The notes beneath the pieces were generated by a model. The model saw nothing but the letters and a program-made list of their open reading frames with translations, searched no databases and had not been told where the DNA came from. Source: a virus (lineage: Duplodnaviria; Caudoviricetes). From it: DNA of 42,741 nucleotides. Positions within the stretch are counted from its first letter, which is position 1; each line of letters starts with the position of its first letter. The stretch spans positions 1-42,741 of the IMG/VR virus record IMGVR_UViG_3300010043_000006; one strand, given 5' to 3'. Both the position numbers and the translations under genes were made by a program. Shown here one piece after another: positions 25,494 through 33,749 of the stretch.

Positions 25494-25663
25494 ACACCAG
25501 CCCTACCTACCTCACGTCGATCCGCCTATACCTCCACGACGTAGAAGAGCTAGAACGCATCTACGGCCGAGGCTGGACAGGCTATGTCCGTGAGATCATC
25601 CACCGCCACCTAAGGGAGCGGCGCGCCAAGGTTAACTACGGAGTACAAGATGAGCACGATTAA
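25490..25663 (+). CDS. Ribbon-helix-helix-like DNA-binding protein
   Basis: Start ATG 25490; TSIRL strand, helix, turn, then YVREIIHRHL, matching the Arc/CopG pattern. Confidence 0.6.
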   Translation: MNTSPTYLTSIRLYLHDVEELERIYGRGWTGYVREIIHRHLRERRAKVNYGVQDEHD

Positions 25664-25871
25664 CGAGATAATGGACACACCACCAAACGAACTGAGACCA
25701 GAAGATACCAAAGCCCTCGTAGCATACCATCGTGAGGCCCGTGCACGGCTTGACGCTGGGGTAAAGCCAAAGAAAGACCGACCGAAAGTAGAACTCGACA
25801 TCTCCCACATCATCAAGCAGATCAAACCAGCATCCACACCAGACAAACCCAAATTCGTGAGGCGCGTATGA
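25650..25871 (+). CDS. Hypothetical protein
   Basis: 73 aa; ends KPKFVRRV. Confidence 0.7.
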   Translation: MSTINEIMDTPPNELRPEDTKALVAYHREARARLDAGVKPKKDRPKVELDISHIIKQIKPASTPDKPKFVRRV

Positions 25872-26890
25872 GCATCCTCAACCAACAGATCAAAACAGTA
25901 GAAGACTTCACGATAGAGACCGTAGCTGAGGCCCCGTCACCGTTTTTGCCTAACTCCAACATCCAATGGGCGTGGGACTCAACTAGCCTGAGCTATCTCA
26001 AGCAATGCCCACGCCTCTACAAGTACATCATGATCGACGGCTGGCAGAGCGAGGGCGAGTCTATCCACCTCCGCTTTGGTGCCGAGATCCACACCGCCTT
26101 CCAGATGTACCACATGATGCGCACCGGCGGTGTCAACCACGACGACGCTGTACACGAAGTCGTGTTCGATACCCTCAGCCGCACATGGGGCTGGAACCCT
26201 GACCCTGAAGAACGGCCCGGCAAGTATAAGAACCGCCACACTCTTATCCGAGCCATCGTCGACTATCTGGACAAATATGAAAACGACCCCGCAACAACAT
26301 ATATTCGGGCCCGTGACGGCACTGCTGCTGTTGAGTATTCTTTTCGTTTTGAGTTGGACTTTGGACCACGGGCGGCTGTATCCACGAGAGACGGAGAAGA
26401 CGTACTATCCCAGCCCTATGTCCTGTGCGGACATCTGGACCGTGTTGTCACCTTCAACGATAGCGTGTTCGTCATGGACTATAAAACGACCACATCGACT
26501 CCCGGCCCTCACTACTTCGATCAATACGACCCACATAATCAGATGAGCCTCTACACCCTAGCTGCCCAACAGATCTTTGAAGAGGTACCCGTCAAAGGTG
26601 TCATCATCGAGGCTATCCAGTTAATGGTTGACGAGTCGCGCTCTACCCGTGGCATCACCTTCCGTAGCTCTGGCCGCCTGATGGAGTGGACCACCGATCT
26701 CGAATACTGGCTCGGCATGGCCGAATACTATGCCGAGGTGGGTTACTGGCCGCACAACGATACGGCCTGTGACAAGTTCGGCGGCTGTCGCTTTCGTGAG
26801 ATATGTCAGAAAGACCCGGCCGTTCGAGAGAAGTTCCTAGCTTCATCATTCAAGAAAGGAACTCCTTGGAATCCACTACAACCTAGATAG
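25868..26890 (+). CDS. PD-(D/E)XK RecB/Cas4-like exonuclease
   Basis: QCPR, FGAEIH, GHLDRV, VMDYKT, QMSLY, and C-terminal CDKFGGCRFREIC (1+3 Cys, Fe-S type). Confidence 0.9.
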   Translation: MSILNQQIKTVEDFTIETVAEAPSPFLPNSNIQWAWDSTSLSYLKQCPRLYKYIMIDGWQSEGESIHLRFGAEIHTAFQMYHMMRTGGVNHDDAVHEVVFDTLSRTWGWNPDPEERPGKYKNRHTLIRAIVDYLDKYENDPATTYIRARDGTAAVEYSFRFELDFGPRAAVSTRDGEDVLSQPYVLCGHLDRVVTFNDSVFVMDYKTTTSTPGPHYFDQYDPHNQMSLYTLAAQQIFEEVPVKGVIIEAIQLMVDESRSTRGITFRSSGRLMEWTTDLEYWLGMAEYYAEVGYWPHNDTACDKFGGCRFREICQKDPAVREKFLASSFKKGTPWNPLQPR

Positions 26891-26912
26891 TCACCTTTGG
26901 AGGGGCCACTCT

Positions 26913-27155
26913 ATGACTACCTATGTCATAAACACGACCGTCGTCAACCTAGAACACCGTTTCAAACGTTTCCACGTCGCTGGGTTCGGCCCTGACTCTG
27001 TCTTCAAGACCGAGCCCGTCGGCTGGTTCGTGCACCTAGAAGGCTCACATGAGTCCCTATACCTCGGCACAGACCGGCCTGAACTAGACTCCGGGGACCC
27101 CGTCGAAATACGCATAAGGAAAACCAATGCCCAGCCTAGCTCAGCACCAAAGTAA
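26913..27155 (+). CDS. Hypothetical beta-rich protein
   Basis: 80 aa, GGAGG SD. Confidence 0.65.
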   Translation: MTTYVINTTVVNLEHRFKRFHVAGFGPDSVFKTEPVGWFVHLEGSHESLYLGTDRPELDSGDPVEIRIRKTNAQPSSAPK

Positions 27156-27966
27156 TGAGTTTGTAAAGGTTCTCATTGTCGGGGATCCGAAATCAGGGAA
27201 GACCAGCTCGCTCGTTTCGTTAGTTGAGGCTGGCTATCTGCTGCGTATCCTCGACATGGACAACCTTCTCGATCCACTCAAGTACCAAATCCTTGCGCGG
27301 TGTCCGCATCTGATTGGGCACGTTGAGTTCCGAACGCTTAGAGATAAGCGCAAAATGACACCATTAGGACCAGTAATCGATGGACAACCAAAAGCCTTCA
27401 TTGAAGCAATCCGGATGTTCGACCATTGGAAGTACGATGACGTCGATCTCGGTAGACCCGCCGAATGGGGCAGTAATATTATCCTTGTGGTTGATTCCCT
27501 CAGTCGTCTCTGCGATTCGGCGTTTGACTGGAGAGAACCTCTCACGCCTAAAGGACGTTCAGGCGACTATGATAAACGAGCGACTTACGCTGACTCTCAA
27601 AACGCGATCGAAGACGTCCTCGCCGGGCTCACGTCGCCGCTCTTCCAAACGAACGTCATCGTCATCGGACACGGTCAGTACCAGCCCCAAGTCGTTGGAC
27701 CCGACCAAATCTTCCCACAGGGAATAGGGCAGAAGCTCTCGCCGAAGATCCCTGCCTATTTCCCCAACTATATCCGCTACGTAAACAGAGGAGGCAAACG
27801 CACAATCCAACTAGAATCAGACTCACAGATTAGCTTGGCAACGGCTAGGCCACTTGAGCTTAAGGCGCTGCCAGCAGAGACAGGACTCGCAACGCTATTC
27901 GAGGCGCTGCGAGGGAAACCAGCATCCAAACCAGCAACCAGACCAGTTGCTCTCAAGAGGATATAA
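27127..27966 (+). CDS. RecA-like / Sak4-type ATPase
   Basis: Walker A GDPKSGKT, ILDMD, Walker B VVDSLS, VIVIGH; sits between the nuclease and SSB. Confidence 0.8.
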   Translation: MPSLAQHQSNEFVKVLIVGDPKSGKTSSLVSLVEAGYLLRILDMDNLLDPLKYQILARCPHLIGHVEFRTLRDKRKMTPLGPVIDGQPKAFIEAIRMFDHWKYDDVDLGRPAEWGSNIILVVDSLSRLCDSAFDWREPLTPKGRSGDYDKRATYADSQNAIEDVLAGLTSPLFQTNVIVIGHGQYQPQVVGPDQIFPQGIGQKLSPKIPAYFPNYIRYVNRGGKRTIQLESDSQISLATARPLELKALPAETGLATLFEALRGKPASKPATRPVALKRI

Positions 27967-27969
27967 CCA

Positions 27970-28473
27970 ATGGCTATCAGACCACAGCAATCAGTACGAC
28001 GTGATCTTACACCCAAGCCTGAGCCCGAAGAGGAGAAGGCAACCAGCTTCTCTGCCATCCTCGACCAGCAGGTCGAAGACGCCGAGCGGCCAAAGCCTCT
28101 CCCCGTCGGCACGTATCTCTGCGTAGTTACTGGGCTCCCTCGGTTCGACAAGTCGTCTCGTGCACAGACGGACTTTGCCGAGTTTACCCTGCAACCGACG
28201 GAAGTCTACGACGACGTTGATAAGGATGAGCTGGAGGCGATGGGCGGTCTGGAGAACCGCACCCTTCGCATCACCTTCTGGCTCACGGAGGATGCCAAGT
28301 GGCGCCTCCGTAAGTTTCTTGAGGATTGTGGCATCGACGTCTCTGGCAAGAGCTTTCATGAGGCTATTGAGGAAGCGCCCGGCCAGCAGGTGATTGCCAA
28401 CGTCACTCATGATCCTGCCAAGGACGGCAGCGGCCACTACGCCGTTGTGAAGTCTACGGCAGCAGTGAAATAG
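27970..28473 (+). CDS. Single-stranded DNA-binding protein (DUF669-like)
   Basis: PLPVGTYLCVV...KSS...FWLTEDAKWRLRKFL..CG; typical partner of Sak4. Confidence 0.75.
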   Translation: MAIRPQQSVRRDLTPKPEPEEEKATSFSAILDQQVEDAERPKPLPVGTYLCVVTGLPRFDKSSRAQTDFAEFTLQPTEVYDDVDKDELEAMGGLENRTLRITFWLTEDAKWRLRKFLEDCGIDVSGKSFHEAIEEAPGQQVIANVTHDPAKDGSGHYAVVKSTAAVK

Positions 28474-28572
28474 TCGGGTACCTCGTCAGCCATAACCCGA
28501 CTAGGTCCCCCGTCGAACCTGTTTGTCACAGTCCCCGGCGGGGGACCACCTTCCCCCAATGGAGAAATCCCA

Positions 28573-28914
28573 ATGCCTGAACCACCAGACGTAAACCTAC
28601 AAGAGATGGAAAACTTAATGGCTGGGCAGCCAGCTAAGACCAACTCCGGTGAGCAACCCAAGCTGTCTCACCCACTCAACCGTGAGCGATGGAAAACCCA
28701 CGGCAACTTCAAGGACAACGCCAAGCTCTCTCAAGCATTGAAGAAGATCGGCCACGAGGCACCCGGCTGGGGCAAGATGACCGATGTCATGCGCGAGGTG
28801 TATGATCAGGAGATGATGAAGTGGTCACGCATCCTATCCGGCCGATCAGATTACCGTGAACACTGGGAAGACATCGGCGGCTACAACAATCTTCAGTTGG
28901 AAGATATGCGATGA
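28573..28914 (+). CDS. DUF6378-like protein
   Basis: ERWKTHGNF.DNA.LSQ.LK...KWSRILSG....EHWEDIGGY. Confidence 0.75.
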   Translation: MPEPPDVNLQEMENLMAGQPAKTNSGEQPKLSHPLNRERWKTHGNFKDNAKLSQALKKIGHEAPGWGKMTDVMREVYDQEMMKWSRILSGRSDYREHWEDIGGYNNLQLEDMR

Positions 28915-29108
28915 TCGACAGGAGAAGCCGAGACTGTGTCCGCATCAAGGTGTGGAACGAGGACGGCGATCCATTCTTTGTTTACTTCTACGGCCTAACG
29001 GAGAAAGACCTGTGCGAGATTCCCAACCAGTACGTCAGCGCAATGATCAGGCGCCGTCACTTTGAGAGGTGCACATCGTCCCTGTTCACAGTGGAGCAGG
29101 TGCGATGA
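28911..29108 (+). CDS. Hypothetical protein
   Basis: 65 aa, ATGA-coupled on both sides. Confidence 0.6.
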   Translation: MIDRRSRDCVRIKVWNEDGDPFFVYFYGLTEKDLCEIPNQYVSAMIRRRHFERCTSSLFTVEQVR

Positions 29109-30199
29109 TCCTCCTCGTCGGCGAGGCTTGGGGCGAGAATGAAGAGCGTGTGCACGTTCCATTCGTTGGCGCCGCCGGGGTGGAGCTACTGAAGATGCTC
29201 GTTGAAGCCGACATCATCGAATGGACGAATGGCGATGCAGATCTCCTGCATCGCTATTACCGCACCGGCCAGCCCCAGCACCTCGGCCAGATTTGGCTCA
29301 ACCACACCGACGCCGTACGCACTACCAACGTGTTCAACATTCGCCCTCGGTACAACAAGATAGAGAACTTTTGTGGCACCAAGGCCGAAGGTATCGTCGG
29401 TTACCCATCTCTCTTCAAATCCAAATACGTTCGGGCTGAGTTCATCCCCGAACTAGAAAGGCTTGGTGATGAGATCGTTGACCTTGAGCCTGAGCTTACT
29501 ATCTGCCTCGGTAACAGTGCTCTTTGGGCTTTGGCTGGTTCTACAGGGATCAGCAAGCTCAGGGGGACGACTCGTTATAGCACTCATACTGCTACTGGCT
29601 ACAAGCTCCTTCCTACTTATCATCCTGCTGCTGTTCTCAGGCAGTGGGAACTCCGGCCCACGGCGGTAGCCGATCTCATCAAGGCCAAACGGGAGTCCGC
29701 CTATCCTGAGATCCGCCGCCCACACCGAGAAATCTGGATCGAACCCAATGTCGAAGACATACGGACGTTCATCAACACGCATGTGCGCAACTGCCGGGTC
29801 CTTAGCGTGGACATCGAGACTTCTGGCGAAGACGTTACTTGCATCGGCCTCTCGCCGAGACCAGACCTTGCGCTCGTTGTGCCGTTCTTTGACCGGCGGA
29901 AAAAGAACCGCTGTTACTTCCCTGATCTTAAGACAGAGATACTTGCTTGGGATCATATCAAACGAGTTCTCGAAGATCGAACGATCCAAAAGGTCTTCCA
30001 GAATGGAATGTACGACATCGCCTTCCTCTACCGATCCGTGGGTGTGCGAGTCCGGGGAGCCGAGCATGACACCATGCTCCTCCATCACGCACTTCAACCA
30101 GAGAGCCTTAAAGCTCTTGGCTACCTCGGCTCCATCTACACCGACGAAGGCGCGTGGAAAACTGAGCGCAAGACTACAACGATTAAGAGAGACGAATGA
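29105..30199 (+). CDS. Uracil-DNA-glycosylase-like domain fused to a partial 3'-5' exonuclease (N-terminal part of split PolA)
   Basis: UDG family-4-like LVGEAWG..E..PFVG, TNV, CLG..A, PTYHPAAVLR; ExoI VDIET, ExoII QNGMYD, HDTMLLHH; no ExoIII motif. Confidence 0.88.
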   Translation: MILLVGEAWGENEERVHVPFVGAAGVELLKMLVEADIIEWTNGDADLLHRYYRTGQPQHLGQIWLNHTDAVRTTNVFNIRPRYNKIENFCGTKAEGIVGYPSLFKSKYVRAEFIPELERLGDEIVDLEPELTICLGNSALWALAGSTGISKLRGTTRYSTHTATGYKLLPTYHPAAVLRQWELRPTAVADLIKAKRESAYPEIRRPHREIWIEPNVEDIRTFINTHVRNCRVLSVDIETSGEDVTCIGLSPRPDLALVVPFFDRRKKNRCYFPDLKTEILAWDHIKRVLEDRTIQKVFQNGMYDIAFLYRSVGVRVRGAEHDTMLLHHALQPESLKALGYLGSIYTDEGAWKTERKTTTIKRDE

Positions 30200-30573
30200 A
30201 AATCAAACGTGACGCCTTCCTCTACTACGACGGTACCCGACGTGACTTTGCTCAGTGCGGCTCGTGCTGGCTGTTCACTAGCAAAGCGCGCTGCGTTGTG
30301 CTCCAAATCCCCGTCAACGCCGAAGACTCTTGTGGCTATTACGGCAAGGGTACATGGCATCCCGGCATCAACGAAGCTGACTACCCAGTGTTCACCCGTG
30401 AAGAGGTCGGCTACGTGCGCCGTCAGGTGCGGTGTGAGAACTGTGCCCATTTCGACGCCGGGCGCAGCGTCTGCTACCTATTCGAGACCCTCAACAACGA
30501 ACTGGAGCTATTCGACCTCGATGTTAAAGTCATGCCCAGAGGCTGCTGCAATGCCCAAGTACCCAAAGCCTAA
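30196..30573 (+). CDS. Cys-rich protein with two HiPIP-like 4-Cys repeats
   Basis: CGSCWLF..RCVVL..VNAEDSCGYY and CENCAHF..VCYLF..VMPRGCCNAQ. Confidence 0.6.
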   Translation: MKIKRDAFLYYDGTRRDFAQCGSCWLFTSKARCVVLQIPVNAEDSCGYYGKGTWHPGINEADYPVFTREEVGYVRRQVRCENCAHFDAGRSVCYLFETLNNELELFDLDVKVMPRGCCNAQVPKA

Positions 30574-30721
30574 GCCCGATCCACATAAGTGGGAGGAACT
30601 AGAGACCGTCCGTAGCAACGGCGGCCACATCCGCCTTCGATGCAAGAAGTGCAAGAAGGTCGGGTTCAAGGACATCGAGACCGGCATCATCAAGACCTTC
30701 GCCGAAAGGTGTGAGAAATGA
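30551..30721 (+). CDS. Small zinc-finger-like protein (56 aa)
   Basis: Probable start ATG 30551: HKW...RCKKC...C. Confidence 0.55.
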   Translation: MPKYPKPKPDPHKWEELETVRSNGGHIRLRCKKCKKVGFKDIETGIIKTFAERCEK

Positions 30722-31056
30722 CACGCGAGGAAGCACTCCAAGCGCTATCCCGCCGAGCGAAAGACAGGAACCTGTTCTTCTCATTCAAGGGAGTAGCGCC
30801 GACGGTTGAGACCAACGAAGACTATGATGGAGAGTTCGCCGCATTCACCCAATACTTCGGCGGCTTCAAAACTATCAACGACTACGGCCAACGGGTTGGC
30901 ATCGAGAAGTGGGTAATATACGACGAACAGTGCGAGACTCTAACCAAAGAGTTGATGGAACGACGCGACTTCCAGCTGTCTGGCAAGTACGAGTATGCCA
31001 GTCAGATGCTTGCCACAACCATCCCGCAACGCGCCAAGTGGGGACGCCACCGGTGA
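30718..31056 (+). CDS. Hypothetical protein
   Basis: 112 aa, coupled on both sides. Confidence 0.65.
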   Translation: MTREEALQALSRRAKDRNLFFSFKGVAPTVETNEDYDGEFAAFTQYFGGFKTINDYGQRVGIEKWVIYDEQCETLTKELMERRDFQLSGKYEYASQMLATTIPQRAKWGRHR

Positions 31057-32543
31057 AGATAATCGCCACCCACAATTCCGATCCCGCAACCTACACGCCC
31101 ATGGAAAGAGAGTGGGTTTACAATGGTATCGACGCCTGTATCACCGGAGAGATCCTCAATGTTCTGCTCCCACAGCTGGACAACCACACAGCAGCCACAT
31201 ATAGCTTTTCGAGAGAGCTACAAGGTCCAGTGCTCGAAATGCGGCTGCGTGGCGTTCGAATTGACCATGCACGTAAATCAGCAGTTATCGACGAATACTA
31301 TGATTTACTTGAGCGCCTTGAGCAACAACTTGAAACAGTTGTGCTTGATGGCGTCGGCCTTCCTTACTTCAACTGGAGATCGAATGACGACAAGAGGGCC
31401 CTCTTCTACGACGCTCTCGGCATTCCCGTCATTCGGCGACAGGGGCGACCGACGGTAGACATCGCCGCACTCGAAAAGATCCAGACCGAGTACCTGATCG
31501 CCCGGCAGATCTGTGCACATCTGTTGATGATGGGCGAACTGCAAAAGAAGATCCAAGTCCTTAAGACGGAGGTAGACAAAGATGGCCGTATTCGTACTAG
31601 TTACAATATTGCTGGTACTAACACTGGTCGGTTTAGCAGCAGTTTCAGTGAGTTTGGTACTGGTGGGAACCTCCAGAATGTCGAGGAGTCACTCAGATCA
31701 ATCTTCATCGCCGACAGGGGAATGAAGCTGGCCAAGTTCGACGCCAAGAGCGGAGAGTCCTATGTCGTCGGCGCGATCGAGTGGAACCTCTTTGGGGATG
31801 GACGCTATCTGGACTCATGCGAGTCGGGTGATCCCCATACTGCCACAGCCCGTCTGTGTTGGCCGAACCTACCTTGGACAGGCGATCTCAAGCAAGATAA
31901 GGAGATCGCCAAAGGGCCGGGTTATCGGCATTACTCTCGTCGTGACATGTGCAAGAAGCTTGGGCACGGTTCGAATTACCTCGGCCAGCCAAGGACGATG
32001 TCAACTCAGACGAGAATCCCCATCTCCAAGGTCGAGGAGTTCCAGCGTATCTACTTCAACATCTACCCAGCCCACCAGAAATGGCATGCTCACGTGGACG
32101 ACCGCCTCAGGCGAGACGGTTACCTTATCAATCTCACCGGGCGTAAGCGGTGGTTCTTTGGACGTCGAGGTGACGACTCCACGCTCAGGGAAGCGATCGC
32201 CTACGATCCGCAGGGTTCACTTGCCGACATCGTTAATAACGGCCTTATCAAGGTTTGGCGCCAAAGAGCGGCAAGCCTCTACATGCACGACCACGACGCG
32301 ATCACGGTCCAGTATCCAGAAAAGAAAGAAGACGAAGTCATCCCGAAGATCATAGAGCAGCTCAAGTATCCGATTGCTCTGGCAGGCGGCCGGACGCTTG
32401 AGATTCCCTATGACTGCGTAGTGGGGTGGAACAGGGGAGCATACCATCCGGTCGACAACCCGGACGGCCTACGCGACTATACTCCGGGTGATGAAGGGAG
32501 AAGACGTACGCCCGATATACCTTTGCTACACAGGAAACAGTAG
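31053..32543 (+). CDS. polA: DNA polymerase family A, C-terminal part of split PolA
   Basis: Probable GTG start at 31053; ExoIII YNGID, TGRFSSS, NLQN, motif A FDAKSGE, motif B RDMCKKLGHGSNY, motif C HDA. Confidence 0.93.
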   Translation: MKIIATHNSDPATYTPMEREWVYNGIDACITGEILNVLLPQLDNHTAATYSFSRELQGPVLEMRLRGVRIDHARKSAVIDEYYDLLERLEQQLETVVLDGVGLPYFNWRSNDDKRALFYDALGIPVIRRQGRPTVDIAALEKIQTEYLIARQICAHLLMMGELQKKIQVLKTEVDKDGRIRTSYNIAGTNTGRFSSSFSEFGTGGNLQNVEESLRSIFIADRGMKLAKFDAKSGESYVVGAIEWNLFGDGRYLDSCESGDPHTATARLCWPNLPWTGDLKQDKEIAKGPGYRHYSRRDMCKKLGHGSNYLGQPRTMSTQTRIPISKVEEFQRIYFNIYPAHQKWHAHVDDRLRRDGYLINLTGRKRWFFGRRGDDSTLREAIAYDPQGSLADIVNNGLIKVWRQRAASLYMHDHDAITVQYPEKKEDEVIPKIIEQLKYPIALAGGRTLEIPYDCVVGWNRGAYHPVDNPDGLRDYTPGDEGRRRTPDIPLLHRKQ

Positions 32544-33749
32544 ATGAAACCAAATGGCAGCGGCGCGCGTAAATGCGCATCATGGGTCGATGCCTTTGTG
32601 CAAACTACGGATAACCTAGAAGCACCACCACTATATCGCACATGGGCAGCATTGACCACAATAGGGGCCACACTGGAGCAGAAGGTTTGGTTGCAGACTT
32701 CAACCCCAATGTATCCCAATATGTATGTGTTCCTCGTTGGGCACCCCGGCGTTGGGAAGACTCGGACGATTCGAGCTGTCCGTACCTACGCTGCGGAGGT
32801 AGAGAACTTCTATCTTGCCCCAACCTCGGTTACTGCCGCAGCACTGGTAGATGCTTTGGCAGACTCAAAGCGGATTATTATGAACAAGGATGGGCCCATC
32901 GACTATAACACTATGATGTTTACAGCCGATGAGATGGGCTCGTTCATGCACAAGTGGGAAGACGATGTCGTAGCGCTGCTATCACAGTTCTATGACGTTG
33001 ATGTGTACTCCCAGCACCGGCGCGGCAAGGAGATCAAGATCAAGATAAAGCGCCCACAACTGACAATCCTCGCCGGGACCACCCCGGCCAACCTAATGCG
33101 GTTCGTGCCTGAGAGCGCATGGGACCAAGGCTTCACGTCCCGGTGTATCTTGGTCTACTCAGAGGATCGGATCGTCACCGACATCTGGAGCGCTCGGCCG
33201 GGGATCATGGACAAGGATCTTCTGCATGACTTGAAGCTCATCAACAATCTCTACGGTCAGTTCAATGCCACACCCGACTACCAAGAGCTGGTCAACGCTT
33301 GGCGAGATGCAAACTATCATCCTGTTCCTAAGCACCCCAAACTGGTACACTACAACACTCGACGCCTTGCCCACCTTTTCAAGCTTTCCATGATCTCCTC
33401 GGTTGACAAAGGCGCCAGCCTGCTGCTCACGAAGGACGACTTCAACCGAGCTTACAACTGGCTCACTGGCGCCGAGGCGCTCATGCCAGACGTATTCAAA
33501 GCCGGTACGCCGAGTGCCGATGCCAAGGCCATCGATGAAGTCCTTCATTATATGCAAGCCACAGATAAAGGCAGCGGTGTCCAAGAATACATGATCATGG
33601 CCTTTGCCAAGGATCGTCTCAACATGAATTACTTGCCTAAGCTAATGGACACTATGGTAGCCTGTCGTATGGTTCGGCCGGTCGGTATCAATAAGACCAC
33701 CGGCACCCGGATATGGAAGGTTACTTCTTCGGACGAGCCTCGCCAGTGA
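32544..33749 (+). CDS. DUF3987-family P-loop ATPase (putative replicative helicase)
   Basis: YPNMYVFLVGHPGVGKT, Walker B ADEMG, LAGTTP, GFTSR, C-terminal winged-helix-like segment. Confidence 0.8.
   Translation: MKPNGSGARKCASWVDAFVQTTDNLEAPPLYRTWAALTTIGATLEQKVWLQTSTPMYPNMYVFLVGHPGVGKTRTIRAVRTYAAEVENFYLAPTSVTAAALVDALADSKRIIMNKDGPIDYNTMMFTADEMGSFMHKWEDDVVALLSQFYDVDVYSQHRRGKEIKIKIKRPQLTILAGTTPANLMRFVPESAWDQGFTSRCILVYSEDRIVTDIWSARPGIMDKDLLHDLKLINNLYGQFNATPDYQELVNAWRDANYHPVPKHPKLVHYNTRRLAHLFKLSMISSVDKGASLLLTKDDFNRAYNWLTGAEALMPDVFKAGTPSADAKAIDEVLHYMQATDKGSGVQEYMIMAFAKDRLNMNYLPKLMDTMVACRMVRPVGINKTTGTRIWKVTSSDEPRQ

Noticed and set aside
25868-26890. Cas4-like nuclease as evidence of CRISPR-Cas
   Set aside because: No repeat-spacer array or other cas genes; the context is a nuclease-Sak4-SSB recombination module.
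30200-31052. Intron or intein between the polA halves
   Set aside because: The gap is filled by translationally coupled ORFs with no homing-nuclease motif, and no intein terminal residues are present.
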